The translations under genes and the position numbers were made by a program. The notes under the pieces are model-generated. The model saw only the letters and a program-made list of their open reading frames with translations, was not told the origin of the DNA and did not search any database. DNA of 64,000 bases from an uncultured Hyphomicrobiales bacterium. Lineage in GTDB: Bacteria; Bacteroidota; Ignavibacteria; Kapaibacteriales; UBA2268. Numbering within the stretch: the stretch's first letter is position 1; every line of letters starts with the position of its first letter. The stretch covers positions 319,098-383,097 of the forward strand of contig CAYXMM010000002.1 of assembly GCA_964465945.1 (NCBI GenBank), given 5' to 3'. Below, piece after piece: positions 37,401 to 47,522 of this stretch.

Positions 37401-38339
37401 AACTTTGTAATTTGTTCCATTTTTTGGTAAATCGTTTTGAGTAACATTCCCGCTTGTAAGAAGAAATAAAATAGTATAATAATCATCTGGTTCAGTTGTG
37501 CCTGTTACTTTCTCCCAAGTAACATGAAATTCATTACTAATTTCAGTAATAGTCAAATTATTTGACTCGGTCCATTCAGGCTTCCTTAAACCATCTATGA
37601 AACTAAAATTAATAGGTGTACCTGTAGTTTTTCTATTAGCAGATCCTAAAGTTGCAAAGTTATTTACAAAAAGAAAATCACCATTTTGGTCATATCCTCC
37701 GAAGTATTTGTTAACACCATCACCTGGAATAACCGATAGACATAAATTGCCACTTAAAATTGAACTAAGCAAAGTTCCCCAAGAATTATTAAAAAATCCA
37801 ATCCCATTTGAACTATGTCCTATTGAATGAATAATTGTATTACCATTCTTTATTGTGAATAACTCAGCAGAATTATCAATATTAAGTGCCTCATTATCCC
37901 AATTTGCAATATCACATGTTTCGCAATATTTATCGAAATACCAAATATCACTCGCTTCTAAAACTAATCTACCTTCTACTAAGTTTAAACTTAACAAATT
38001 ATTTATTACATCATTGAGATATATAGTTATAATTGTGCCTTTTGGAAGATTTTTCCATAAAGGAGCATCTTTAAATTTAATTCCACCATTGAAGCCAGAA
38101 GGAGCATTGTCAGCTATGATAGCGTCGCAAAGAGTAAAACCAGAAATATCAACATTATCTTCAGTGACTACTAATTCGACCCATTCATCCAAATTATTTT
38201 CTGTATTATAATATTCGTTGATTAATATTTGAGAGAATAAGTTAATTTTGAAATTAAAAAAAAGCAAAATTAAAAATACAATGAAATTTAATCTCTTAAA
38301 CAAATCTGAAAATTTAGTATTTTCTCTTTTTTTAACCAT
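34416..38339 (-). CDS. Large secreted protein: lamin-tail domain, Ig/ASH-like repeats, T9SS C-terminal domain
   Basis: ILINE...DEWVEL; repeated IDFG..ITNTG units; IYDLLGNKV...GAYFI C-terminus; start uncertain. Confidence 0.8.
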   Translation of the reverse strand: MVKKRENTKFSDLFKRLNFIVFLILLFFNFKINLFSQILINEYYNTENNLDEWVELVVTEDNVDISGFTLCDAIIADNAPSGFNGGIKFKDAPLWKNLPKGTIITIYLNDVINNLLSLNLVEGRLVLEASDIWYFDKYCETCDIANWDNEALNIDNSAELFTIKNGNTIIHSIGHSSNGIGFFNNSWGTLLSSILSGNLCLSVIPGDGVNKYFGGYDQNGDFLFVNNFATLGSANRKTTGTPINFSFIDGLRKPEWTESNNLTITEISNEFHVTWEKVTGTTEPDDYYTILFLLTSGNVTQNDLPKNGTNYKVGDIIGNSKVINVFNTNSTYSFKINTSLNCGADYTVSAVVGRFRDLLQNNNQYSSNGICYNTSKFLSGKIKKEAVENFSIKTPNNERVFCVQQDTSISISTDFTNPEKYKYTWYKDGLIFLASGDYGENKSINVNSTGNYFVQASNEEGCFKNSNLINLQINLKPKISVKFNGKLITSDTIISGCIYDVIKLTGENDNGIVEWFEFENGIYKKISSKIDFVPSKYGKFIAIASNGECADTSFVIELKNEIIPFEVDKTLILVDKYSGVQWKQSLRITNTSNRNLTIDRTDFNIEFPFTIEKLYLFPQTFKPGESYDITILLNSDNIENKDYFLRIQSPCIDEKVITLRVTNKGLGVEYEPKEIDFGTINTCDTIKLDTTIKISYSNSNFEKDYVSINPVIKPPFVIDTPLPLNLYKFTSDSIKISLNAKLSTDIVDTLVVYYTRTGSTYSFKVPIEVRIKNQAISVYPEKFDVGKIEECKDFIDTTLKITNTGLVDMTIDNQFNESVQFAIIPFTIPAKDSIIVPIRISTQTIGAFNFKPYFTYTDCDLQKEISITGFKTHIDYIFDDGKIDFDTIFKCNSELSKIISNKLKINSNNTLYTHIDSISTSKYFKIDLEKGTELFSSNNFKVTFTPDTLGFYNEKIYFIFHPCGKRDSIELSGYYSDISFDVPDTIYFPVTKENVLSTASVTLTNNSLSDYNMHITPLSNSKFSINNSNDILIKSSEKEHIFDLSYVSNEVSHDTTILTISTNYPCLITKDIVLIAEAKPKDMIDINLILPNSFSHNANDILELEMQISAENYDLDTIEIKNFKIEIELNTFVLDLISVSGYDPNKLRVDFDVENNKMYIELLELNECVIDYRMRPLVGNDAFTKFNIVNVSYLSNAVINIIKDSLNIKLTGICDFEEMKFQFGSSDILKINQNSSSSVEIAYEIVNKENFSLVIYDLLGNKVYEKFEDELNLGNFKFNINSLNTGAYFIYYRNGLVNKKDKFFIFK

Positions 38340-38976
38340 TTTCTTAGTCTTTTTCTCACAACTTATCGTCATTTTCTTTTTAGAAAATCAAAGTGATATT
38401 TTGTTATTATTATTTTTCAGCCAATTTTTATTTTTGTTTATCCCAGCTTTATTTCTAATTTATCATCAGAAATATTTAACAATAAACAAAAATTCCGTTA
38501 ATAGTTACAAATTTAGTAAATTTGATGTAATTATAACCATTGGAACAATAATTTTTACTCAATCAATTGGCGTTTTAACAAGTTTAACTTATGAATATTT
38601 CATTCCTGAACACATTTTAAAAATAATTAAAGATTTCGGTGGACAAGAAGAATTAATAAAAATGTTATCTTTTGAAAACGGCAACATTTTTATTATTATT
38701 CTAAGTATTTGCATAGGTCCAGCCATTGCAGAGGAGTTTATTTTTAGAGGATATTTACAAAAAAATCTCACTAAATTTTATTCACCTAAAAAATCAATTA
38801 TACTTACATCGGTAGTATTTTCACTAATACATTTGAATGTTTTTGGTGTCTTTGGAATATTTTTGTTAAGTTGTGTAATTGGTTATTACAAAGAGAAAAC
38901 AAATAGTTTACTTATGCCAATAATAATCCATTTTTCAAATAATTTATTTTCAGTTATTTTAAGCAGTTTTATATAG
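38281..38976 (+). CDS. CPBP family intramembrane metalloprotease
   Basis: IAEEFIFRG, FSLIH, PIIIHFSNN. Confidence 0.9.
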   Translation: MKFNLLNKSENLVFSLFLTIFLVFFSQLIVIFFLENQSDILLLLFFSQFLFLFIPALFLIYHQKYLTINKNSVNSYKFSKFDVIITIGTIIFTQSIGVLTSLTYEYFIPEHILKIIKDFGGQEELIKMLSFENGNIFIIILSICIGPAIAEEFIFRGYLQKNLTKFYSPKKSIILTSVVFSLIHLNVFGVFGIFLLSCVIGYYKEKTNSLLMPIIIHFSNNLFSVILSSFI

Positions 38977-38977
38977 T

Positions 38978-39709
38978 ATGCAAGAAGTTGTCTATCACAG
39001 CAATTATGAAATTGAAGAAACCTATTTTTGGTTTCTTGCAAGAAATGAAATTTTAAAAAAAATAATAAAAACCCAAACCTCAATTACTAAAGGCGACAAA
39101 GTAATTGATATAGGATGCGGAACCGGTGGCTTTGCTAAAGTTTTAGAGTATGAAGGGTATGACGTAACATGTTTAGATACACAAGAGTTAGCAATAGAGT
39201 ATTGCAAGAAGCGAGGAATTAAAAACTTACACTTAGGAGATATAAAATCATATTTAGAAACTCATAACGGAAGATTTAAAGCTGCATTTATGCTCGATGT
39301 TATTGAGCATATTCCAGATGACCAAGATGTCGTAAGTGATGTTTATAAAATATTAGATGATGGGGCTTATTTCATAGCAGCAGTTCCAGCATATCAATGG
39401 TTATGGAGCAAGCACGACGAAATACACATGCACTATCGCAGATATAATATTTCAAATTTCATCCCACTTTTTAAAAACGCTGGGTTCAAAATTGAGTATG
39501 TCTCATACTTTAATTCATTTTTATTTCCACCAGCTGTTTTAAAAAGATTTGTGGATAAGTTAACTAAAAATGAAAGTAATAAACCCGTTGATGAAGTTTC
39601 AAGCTTTATTAATAAATTATTTTTTAAAATATTCAAATTTGAACAGAACTTTTTGGGCAAAATTAAATTCCCTTTTGGATTATCAATTTTATTAATCGCA
39701 AGAAAATAA
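38978..39709 (+). CDS. Class I SAM methyltransferase
   Basis: IDIGCGTG, DVIEH, LWSKHDEIHMHYRRY. Confidence 0.9.
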   Translation: MQEVVYHSNYEIEETYFWFLARNEILKKIIKTQTSITKGDKVIDIGCGTGGFAKVLEYEGYDVTCLDTQELAIEYCKKRGIKNLHLGDIKSYLETHNGRFKAAFMLDVIEHIPDDQDVVSDVYKILDDGAYFIAAVPAYQWLWSKHDEIHMHYRRYNISNFIPLFKNAGFKIEYVSYFNSFLFPPAVLKRFVDKLTKNESNKPVDEVSSFINKLFFKIFKFEQNFLGKIKFPFGLSILLIARK

Positions 39710-39710
39710 T

Positions 39711-41954
39711 ATGAAAAACATTCTAAACGCTATCAAAGAAAATAAACTAATTCTAATTATTTCCTTAGTTACAACATTTATTTTCTTTCATGAACAAATA
39801 CTTGGAACATCATTTTTCTGGGATGATTTTGTAGAGTATGTTTATCCAACTCAAACTTTTGCCGCAAGAGAATCAGGTTTATTTGACATACCTTTCTGGA
39901 ATCCATATATTTATAATGGAATGCCATTTTTTGCAGATATTCAAGTTGGATTCTTCTATCCATTTCATAGAATTTTAAACTTATTTGTGTCAAATGACGG
40001 CACTTTACCTGTTGGTATATTACAGCTTATAATTATTATTCACTTTATAATTTCTCAAATTAATACTTATATTCTTGCGAAATCACTCGGTATAAGCAAA
40101 GAAGCATCAATATTCTCAGCGATTTCTTACTCATTTTCAATGATTCTGGTCGTTCATGTTATTCACCCGATGATGCTATACCATTTAGTCTGGTTTCCAC
40201 TAATTTTTCACTTTTTCAGGAAAGGAATTTTGGATTTAAACTATAAGTATTCAGTTATTTCTGGTTTGATTTTTGGATTCACAATGCTTTCAGGTCATCC
40301 ACAAATGACATTATATATTGCATTTTTCCTTTTTCTTTATGCTATTTATACATTAATTTTTGAAAGAAGCAATCTAATATATAAAATTATAACTGCTACT
40401 TTACCTATAATTATTGCATCTGGAATTTTCGCAGTACAATTCCTACCTTCAAGTGAACTAGCTGGCTTATCACAAAGAGAAGAAAATACTTATGAGTTTA
40501 TATCAGAGGGCTCATTACAATTAAAACAAGCTGTAACAATGATATTACCAGAAGTATTTGGTAAGATAACAGGCGACCCAACAGCAAACACAAACACATT
40601 TTACTTACATATTGGTGAAGTTTTCAAGACATATCATTATTGGGAAACTGCATTTTACTTTGGAGTTATAACATTAATTTTAGGAATTTATGCTTTACTT
40701 GTTAATTTTAAAGACAAAAAAATATTATTCTTATTTATAGTGTCAATTTTTGCTTTATTTTTTAGTTTTGGTTCAAATTTCTTTTTACATAAATTGTTTT
40801 ACAACTTGCCATTCTTCAATACATTCAGAATGCCCGGTAGAATTTTATTCTATCTAACTTTATCATTTAGTTTATTAGCAGGATTTGGTTTAGATAAATT
40901 AAACAAAAAGAATTTTAAACTAATTTACATTCCATTTAGCATAGTTTTAATAATAATTTTCTTAGGGATGTCTGATAAATTTTTTAATACTGATAATGTT
41001 CAACAAAACATAATTGACATAATTTCAAAGTCATTCAACACATCGCTCATTATAGTAATTTTATCTTTCGGATTAATTTTCTTAACAAATATCAAATCTA
41101 TTAAAAAAGCTTATGTAATTTTAGCACTTGCTTCGCTTAGTTTTATTGATTTATACTTGGCAGGAAGTGAATTTAATCAAAGCCCTATAAATCCTAAAGA
41201 TAAATTTCAGATAAATAACGAGTTAAAAGAATTATTCAAAATTCACCCCCCAAATGATATTTTTAGGGTTAATATGAGAATGTATAATCCTTCTTATATG
41301 GCTTTGAACCGAAGTCAAGGAATGCTTGATGGCATTATGCTTGTCGAAGGGTATAATCCTTTATTACTCCAAAGACCAGTGCCTCGCTTGAAAGACAAAG
41401 AGAAAATCCATGATATACTAAATGTTAAATACGAAATTGGAATTGACAGACAACAAAATCAACCAAGATTTTACGAAAGATTCGACAGATATAAACACGT
41501 TTGGGCGACAAACAAAGTTAAAATTGTGAATGAAAATAATATTTTAAATGAAATAAGTCAAACAGAAGATAACTTAAGGTATATAACTTGGTTAGAGAAA
41601 ACGCCAAATCTTTCTTTAACTGAGAATGATTCACTTGATTTCAGTTTCGGTATGCAAAAATATCAAAATGATGTCCTCGAAATCAAAACAAAGTCAAATA
41701 CAAATTCGATGATGGTGCTAAGTGAAATTTTTTACCCTGCTTGGAAAGCTTTTATTGATGGAAAAGAAACAGAGATTTTCAGAGCTGATTTCGCACTCCG
41801 AGCAATCGAACTTCCAAAAGGAGAACATACGGTAACTTTTGAATATAACTCAGATAAATTTAAAACTGGAATGACAATTTCAGTTTTAACATTACTTTTG
41901 AGTACAATGATTTTATCTATAAAAAAGTTTCCAATTATTAACAAAATAAAATAG
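39711..41954 (+). CDS. YfhO-family GT-C membrane glycosyltransferase
   Basis: WDD, PFWNPYIYNGMPF, multiple TMs, EIFYPAWKAFIDGKE. Confidence 0.85.
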   Translation: MKNILNAIKENKLILIISLVTTFIFFHEQILGTSFFWDDFVEYVYPTQTFAARESGLFDIPFWNPYIYNGMPFFADIQVGFFYPFHRILNLFVSNDGTLPVGILQLIIIIHFIISQINTYILAKSLGISKEASIFSAISYSFSMILVVHVIHPMMLYHLVWFPLIFHFFRKGILDLNYKYSVISGLIFGFTMLSGHPQMTLYIAFFLFLYAIYTLIFERSNLIYKIITATLPIIIASGIFAVQFLPSSELAGLSQREENTYEFISEGSLQLKQAVTMILPEVFGKITGDPTANTNTFYLHIGEVFKTYHYWETAFYFGVITLILGIYALLVNFKDKKILFLFIVSIFALFFSFGSNFFLHKLFYNLPFFNTFRMPGRILFYLTLSFSLLAGFGLDKLNKKNFKLIYIPFSIVLIIIFLGMSDKFFNTDNVQQNIIDIISKSFNTSLIIVILSFGLIFLTNIKSIKKAYVILALASLSFIDLYLAGSEFNQSPINPKDKFQINNELKELFKIHPPNDIFRVNMRMYNPSYMALNRSQGMLDGIMLVEGYNPLLLQRPVPRLKDKEKIHDILNVKYEIGIDRQQNQPRFYERFDRYKHVWATNKVKIVNENNILNEISQTEDNLRYITWLEKTPNLSLTENDSLDFSFGMQKYQNDVLEIKTKSNTNSMMVLSEIFYPAWKAFIDGKETEIFRADFALRAIELPKGEHTVTFEYNSDKFKTGMTISVLTLLLSTMILSIKKFPIINKIK

Positions 41955-42012
41955 TTAGACAAGAGAATTACAACTAATTTCTTCAAATATTTATTTTTGT
42001 TAATATTTTGCT

Positions 42013-42043
42013 TTTGAAATGAGTAAAAATTACTTTATATTTG
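42013..42043 (+). promoter_or_regulatory. Bacteroidota-type primary sigma promoter
   Basis: TTTG (42013-16), 19 nt, TATATTTG (42036-43); TAAATTTG also at 59366 and 61686. Confidence 0.65.
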
Positions 42044-42078
42044 AAATTGTGGAATTACAAATTCAAAAAGGATAGTAA

Positions 42079-42450
42079 ATGCCAGAAATCAACATACTAT
42101 GGGAATACATACCACTAATTGTAATGGTTCTTCTTGGACTATTCTTTGGTGTACAATTTGTATTTTTATCCGAAATACTCGGTGCAAAAAGAACTACTAA
42201 AGGAAAACAAACAACCTATGAATCTGGAATGGTGCCTGTTGGAACAGCACAAGAAAGATTCTCAATCAAATTCTATATGACAGCGATAAGTTTTATCGTC
42301 TTTGATATCGAAGTTGTCTTTTTATACCCTTGGGCAGTACAGGTTCGCGAACTTGGAATACCTGCACTTATTGCAGCAAGTATTTTTATTGTGATTCTAC
42401 TTATTGGATTATACTACGAGATTAAGAAAGGAGGATTGAAATGGGATTAG
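42079..42450 (+). CDS. nuoA: NADH-quinone oxidoreductase subunit A
   Basis: [24 protein letters not shown]. Confidence 0.96.
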   Translation: MPEINILWEYIPLIVMVLLGLFFGVQFVFLSEILGAKRTTKGKQTTYESGMVPVGTAQERFSIKFYMTAISFIVFDIEVVFLYPWAVQVRELGIPALIAASIFIVILLIGLYYEIKKGGLKWD

Positions 42451-43016
42451 GAACAGAAACATCTTCTGAACAAAATAGTTATTTTACCACTTCAATTGAA
42501 GCAGTTGTCAAATGGGCTCAAAAGAATGCTTTATGGCCTATGCCACTTGGTATCTCTTGTTGTGCTATTGAAATGATGGCTATGGGGGCACCAAGATTTG
42601 ATGTCGCACGCTTTGGCTCAGAAGTTATGCGTATGACACCGCGACAAGCTGATATCTTACTTGTTGCAGGAACTGTTACTTATAAAATGGCTCATGTTGT
42701 TAGAAAAATTTATGACCAAATGCCTGACCCAAAATGGGTAATTGCAATGGGTGTTTGCGCTTCTTCTGGTGGAATGTTTAGGTCTTATTCGGTCGTGCAA
42801 GGTATTGATAAATTCTTACCTGTAGATGCATATATTTCCGGTTGTCCGCCAAGACCAGAAGCAGTTATTAAAGCGATTATGGCTATTCAAGATAAAGTAG
42901 AGCATAGACATCATCCACCACTTATTAACTTAGGTAAAGATGTATCTCACACTCCTAAACAAGAGTTCTTTAACTCAAAATATCATGGAGTAAAAGATCA
43001 AGATAGTATGAATTAA
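42441..43016 (+). CDS. nuoB: NADH-quinone oxidoreductase subunit B
   Basis: [22 protein letters not shown]. Confidence 0.97.
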   Translation: MGLGTETSSEQNSYFTTSIEAVVKWAQKNALWPMPLGISCCAIEMMAMGAPRFDVARFGSEVMRMTPRQADILLVAGTVTYKMAHVVRKIYDQMPDPKWVIAMGVCASSGGMFRSYSVVQGIDKFLPVDAYISGCPPRPEAVIKAIMAIQDKVEHRHHPPLINLGKDVSHTPKQEFFNSKYHGVKDQDSMN

Positions 43017-43046
43017 TATCTTTCCGCTCATAACTTTAATATTTTT

Positions 43047-43077
43047 AAAAGTCGTATATAAAATATGCGACTTTTTT
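43047..43077 (+). terminator. Intrinsic terminator after nuoB
   Basis: AAAAGTCGTATAT/ATATGCGACTTTT stem followed by T-run. Confidence 0.75.
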
Positions 43078-43116
43078 ATTTAAGAATTAACCATTTTAGC
43101 CCGATAATTAAATAGT

Positions 43117-43866
43117 ATGACAGAATATCTAAATTTAATATATAAATACTTATCTTACATAGATTGGGTCAATCTTACTTTGCTTTATTCAATAATTCTA
43201 ATTTTTTGGAATTGGTTCACTCTTATTTCAAACTTTCACGCAAGAGCAAATAGTGCCTTTGAATTTTATTTAAGACACTTGACAATTATACCTTTTTGGA
43301 TAATATTTATTATATATTTATTTAATTTTACTTCACCAATAAATTTTAATTCTCTTACTAAAACCTTTCCAAAAGAAATAATAATAGAAAATAATTTAAA
43401 GAACGACTTAGAACTTAATTTTTATGGAAAAGGAAAGAAAGGCTATTATCAACTATTTAATAATTACGAAAATTACTTAAACCCTGTATTTTCGTTTGAT
43501 AAAAAAACAAAAAATAAACTGACATTTGAAATTGACACAAGCTTAATAAAATACATCTATGTTACAAAAAACATAGACAATCTAAATTTTAGCTACACCC
43601 AAGCATTTGAAGTAAATAACACAAAGTTAATTCTATACGGTGATGAGTTTGTTAAAAACCCATCAAGGAAAGTTGACCTAGATTATAGCTACTATTATAA
43701 ATTAATGTTAATATTTTTGTTAGCAGTCACAAGCTCTTGGTATTATTACTTTTTGTCATTTATGAAGAAAAACAAAAAACTATTTATGATTATATCAATT
43801 TCAATTTCATCAATAGTTTTTATAGCACTATTCTTAATTTTTAGAATATTTTATCTCAACTTGTAA
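43117..43866 (+). CDS. Hypothetical membrane protein
   Basis: TM segments at both ends around a soluble domain. Confidence 0.65.
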   Translation: MTEYLNLIYKYLSYIDWVNLTLLYSIILIFWNWFTLISNFHARANSAFEFYLRHLTIIPFWIIFIIYLFNFTSPINFNSLTKTFPKEIIIENNLKNDLELNFYGKGKKGYYQLFNNYENYLNPVFSFDKKTKNKLTFEIDTSLIKYIYVTKNIDNLNFSYTQAFEVNNTKLILYGDEFVKNPSRKVDLDYSYYYKLMLIFLLAVTSSWYYYFLSFMKKNKKLFMIISISISSIVFIALFLIFRIFYLNL

Positions 43867-44321
43867 GTAAAATTCAAACCTACTTTATTATTAATAACAC
43901 CAAAGTTCATGCTTGTATCCTCATTAATATCAAAATGATACAAATAAGCACCTGTGTAAGCATCTAAAATACTCACAACATAAACAGCTACTAAATATAA
44001 ATAAAATTGGTCGCGACTATCTCTATAAAACTCACGTCTCTGCTTTAATTGATAAACATAAGATTGATTATCAGAATTTTGCTTAATTAATTTTTCAATT
44101 TCAGTAAATTCATTATTATAATACAATGCTAAACCTAACATTGTCCCAGCAGAGCCAAACAAAATAGGCGCCTTCCAATAATCTTCATTATAGACTTGCC
44201 CAAGCCCCGGAACAACACTCAAAGCCATAGCAGTAGTAGGCGACTTCGTAGAAGATTCTTGTGAAAGAACTACTTTAATATTAAGGACTACAAATAAAAA
44301 TATTGTGATGATATATTTCAT
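43851..44321 (-). CDS. DUF5683-like membrane protein
   Basis: KSPTTAMALSVVPGLGQVYN..YWKAP, ILDAY. Confidence 0.8.
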   Translation of the reverse strand: MKYIITIFLFVVLNIKVVLSQESSTKSPTTAMALSVVPGLGQVYNEDYWKAPILFGSAGTMLGLALYYNNEFTEIEKLIKQNSDNQSYVYQLKQRREFYRDSRDQFYLYLVAVYVVSILDAYTGAYLYHFDINEDTSMNFGVINNKVGLNFTYKLR

Positions 44322-44324
44322 AAA

Positions 44325-44702
44325 TTAAATTACAGCAATAGCTTCAATTTCAATCATTGCATCTTTTGGTAATCTCGAAACTTCAAAAGTAGCCCTTGCT
44401 GGTTTTGTTTCACCAAAAAACTCAGCATAAACCTTATTCATATCGGTAAATAAAGATAAATCCTGCATCAAAACAGTAGTTTTAACTATATTTTCAATTT
44501 TTCCTCCAGCAGTTTCTACAACTGATTTTAAATTCTCTAATGCTTTCAATGTCTGAGATTGAATATCCTCTCCAATTAAATTGCCAAAACTATCCATTGA
44601 AACCTGACCTGATAAAAATAAAAACTTCCCTTCTGCCATTACAGAATGGGAATATGGTCCAATTGCTTTTGCAATTTCATTACAATTTATTTCTTTTCTC
44701 AT
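44325..44702 (-). CDS. ridA: RidA/YjgF family deaminase
   Basis: AIGPYSH, PARATFEVSRLPKDAMIEIEAIA. Confidence 0.92.
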   Translation of the reverse strand: MRKEINCNEIAKAIGPYSHSVMAEGKFLFLSGQVSMDSFGNLIGEDIQSQTLKALENLKSVVETAGGKIENIVKTTVLMQDLSLFTDMNKVYAEFFGETKPARATFEVSRLPKDAMIEIEAIAVI

Positions 44703-44844
44703 TATATCTCCATTTTTTTAACAAAAATAACTATAAATATTGTTTAAAAGAAATACGAAAAATGAAAATATAAAGATACAATAATCGTCTCAAACCATTT
44801 GAATAGCAAATTTCTAAAAAAAAATATTTTGAAATGAGGAGTTA

Positions 44845-45549
44845 ATGGATAATAATCAAGGAAAAAAACCACTTAGGCAAGCAGCTAACGCAGCAAAAGA
44901 TATTTATAATACTTATGTAAAAAATTCAGACAGAAATATTCCAATTGATAGCGATGAAGACAAAATTGATGATTTAGATGAAAAAATCAGCGCTGCCTTT
45001 GCTGATGATTTTGTTGATAATGAAGAAACAGACACTTTATATAATACAAATAACGAAGCAAAATTCGAAGAGTTTAATAGTTCAAATAATAATGAAGAAA
45101 TAGAAAGATTAAACACTGAAATTGCCTTTTTGAAAGATTCTCTCGCGCGTAAAACAGCTGAAATGGAAAATATGCGAAGAAGAATGGATAAGGAAAAGTC
45201 AGACCTCATTAATTATGCAAATGAAAAATTAATAAATAATTTGTTAGAAATTCCAGATACAATTGCTCAAGCATTAAGTTCTGCAAATTCAACTAATGAT
45301 TTAGAATCCCTAAAAAAAGGCGTTGAACTTATATATCAAAAAACTATGAAATTATTTGAAAATGCTGGTGTTAAACTGATGGAAGACCCAACGGGTAAAG
45401 AATTTGATGTTGATTTCCATGATGCTCTAATGCAAGCCCCAAGTGATATTGTACCAGAAGGACATATCATTCAAGTTCTACAAGACGGCTATTTATTAAA
45501 AGATAAAGTTATACGCCATGCCAAAGTTATCACTTCAGCAGGTAATTAA
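44845..45549 (+). CDS. grpE: Nucleotide exchange factor GrpE
   Basis: AEMENMRRR, FDVDFHDAL, GYLLKDKVIRHAKV. Confidence 0.95.
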   Translation: MDNNQGKKPLRQAANAAKDIYNTYVKNSDRNIPIDSDEDKIDDLDEKISAAFADDFVDNEETDTLYNTNNEAKFEEFNSSNNNEEIERLNTEIAFLKDSLARKTAEMENMRRRMDKEKSDLINYANEKLINNLLEIPDTIAQALSSANSTNDLESLKKGVELIYQKTMKLFENAGVKLMEDPTGKEFDVDFHDALMQAPSDIVPEGHIIQVLQDGYLLKDKVIRHAKVITSAGN

Positions 45550-45594
45550 AAATTATATTAATTGAACAAAATTTAAAAAACCAAAATTAAAAAA

Positions 45595-46740
45595 ATGAGT
45601 AAAAGAGATTATTACGAAGTATTAAGTGTAAATAAAACATCAAGTAAAGATGAACTAAAAACTGCATACAGAAAACTTGCTATAATGTATCATCCTGATA
45701 AAAACCCAGGCAATGCAGAAGCAGAAGAGAAATTTAAAGAAGCTTCCGAAGCTTATGATGTTTTATCAAATGACGACAAAAGAGCACGTTATGATAGATT
45801 CGGACACGATGGACTAAGAGGTGCCGGAGCAAGTGGATTTAATAACACAGATGATATTTTCTCTGCATTCTCCGATATATTTGGTGGAGGAATATTTGAT
45901 GATTTCTTTGGTGGTAGCTCTCGTGGAAGAAGAAGAGAAAAAGGACAACGTGGCTCTGATATAAAAATTCCTATGCCACTTACATTAGAAGAAATTGCCA
46001 AAGGTACAACTAAAACAATTAGTTTGAAAAAATGGGTGAATTGTAATTCTTGCTCTGGCACAGGAGCTAAACACGGAACTGGAACAAACACTTGTTTGTC
46101 TTGCGCTGGCACAGGCGAAATCAGACAAGTTTCAAAATCTCTATTCGGACAATTTGTAAATGTTTCCACTTGTCCACACTGTAACGGTTCAGGTGAAGTA
46201 ATCAAAGAAAAATGTAACGATTGCCATGGCGAAGGCAGAGTAAGAGGTGAAGAAGAAATTAAAATTGATATTCCGGCTGGCGTCGAAGAAGGAAATTATT
46301 TACCACTTCAAGGTAAAGGTAACGCTGGAAAAAACGGAGGCATTGCTGGAAACTTAATAGTTGTAATGGAAGAAAAAGAACACGATATGTTTATCCGTGA
46401 AGGTAATCATATTATTTACAAACTAACCATTAGCTTCCCTGATGCAGTATTAGGAAACACCTTGGAAGTTCCAACTCTTTGGGGTGAAGAAATGCTTACT
46501 ATAGAACCTGGTATTCAACCAGGAACTACTCTTACATTACGTGACAAAGGAATCCCCAACCTAAACTCTTATGGCAAAGGCAATCAATATGTTATGATTA
46601 ACATCTTCGTTCCGAATAAATTAGCAAATAAAGAAAAAGAAATAATCAAAGAATTAAGTGAAGTTGAAGCATTTTACCCAGAAAACAAAAAATCCTCAAA
46701 ATCAGGATTCTTTGAAAAAGTTTGGGATAAGATTTTTTAA
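45595..46740 (+). CDS. dnaJ: Chaperone DnaJ
   Basis: HPD motif, four CxxCxGxG repeats. Confidence 0.98.
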   Translation: MSKRDYYEVLSVNKTSSKDELKTAYRKLAIMYHPDKNPGNAEAEEKFKEASEAYDVLSNDDKRARYDRFGHDGLRGAGASGFNNTDDIFSAFSDIFGGGIFDDFFGGSSRGRRREKGQRGSDIKIPMPLTLEEIAKGTTKTISLKKWVNCNSCSGTGAKHGTGTNTCLSCAGTGEIRQVSKSLFGQFVNVSTCPHCNGSGEVIKEKCNDCHGEGRVRGEEEIKIDIPAGVEEGNYLPLQGKGNAGKNGGIAGNLIVVMEEKEHDMFIREGNHIIYKLTISFPDAVLGNTLEVPTLWGEEMLTIEPGIQPGTTLTLRDKGIPNLNSYGKGNQYVMINIFVPNKLANKEKEIIKELSEVEAFYPENKKSSKSGFFEKVWDKIF

Positions 46741-46772
46741 AAAAGCAAAATAGAAGAAGTAATAGAAAATAT

Positions 46773-47516
46773 ATGGATATATCAAATAAAGTTGTAATAA
46801 TAACAGGTGCTTCCAGTGGAATTGGCGAAGCAACTGCAAAATTACTTTCACAAAAAGGCGCCAAATTAGTTTTAGGAGCAAGAAGATTAACTAATCTTGA
46901 AAATCTTGTCAAAGAAATCAAAGCAAATGGTGGAGATGCTGTTGCCATCAAAGCCGATGTAACAAATAGGGAAGACTGCAAACATCTTGCAAACATAGCA
47001 ATAGAAAAATATGGTAAAATTGATGTTCTTGTTAATAATGCAGGTCTTATGCCACTTTCCTTTCTTGATAAACTTAAAATTGACGAATGGGATAGAATGA
47101 TTGACACAAACATAAAGGGCGTGCTATATTGCTTTGCTGCAGTTTTACCTTCAATGAAATCTCAAAAATCTGGTCATATAATCAATATTTCATCTATCGC
47201 TGGAAGAAGAGTAATGAAAGGTGGATCCGTATATTGTGCAACAAAGTTCGCTGTTACAGCCCTTAGCGAAGGAATGAGACAAGAACTCTCACCAAGAGAT
47301 AATATCAAAGTAACTTGTATAGAGCCAGGTGCAGTAACAACAGAACTAAGAAACACAATAACAGACCAAGACATAATCAACAACTTAGCAAAACGCAAAG
47401 AAGAATTTGAATATTTAGAAGCAATCGATATAGCAGAATCAATTTTATACGCAATTTCCCAACCAAGCAGAGTAAACATAAATGAAATTTTAGTATTACC
47501 AACAGGGCAAGGATAA
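46773..47516 (+). CDS. Short-chain dehydrogenase/reductase
   Basis: TGASSGIG, NNAG, YCATK. Confidence 0.95.
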   Translation: MDISNKVVIITGASSGIGEATAKLLSQKGAKLVLGARRLTNLENLVKEIKANGGDAVAIKADVTNREDCKHLANIAIEKYGKIDVLVNNAGLMPLSFLDKLKIDEWDRMIDTNIKGVLYCFAAVLPSMKSQKSGHIINISSIAGRRVMKGGSVYCATKFAVTALSEGMRQELSPRDNIKVTCIEPGAVTTELRNTITDQDIINNLAKRKEEFEYLEAIDIAESILYAISQPSRVNINEILVLPTGQG

Positions 47517-47522
47517 ATTATA

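Noticed and set aside
44703-44844. CIRCE element upstream of grpE-dnaJ
   Set aside because: No TTAGCACTC-N9-GAGTGCTAA match.
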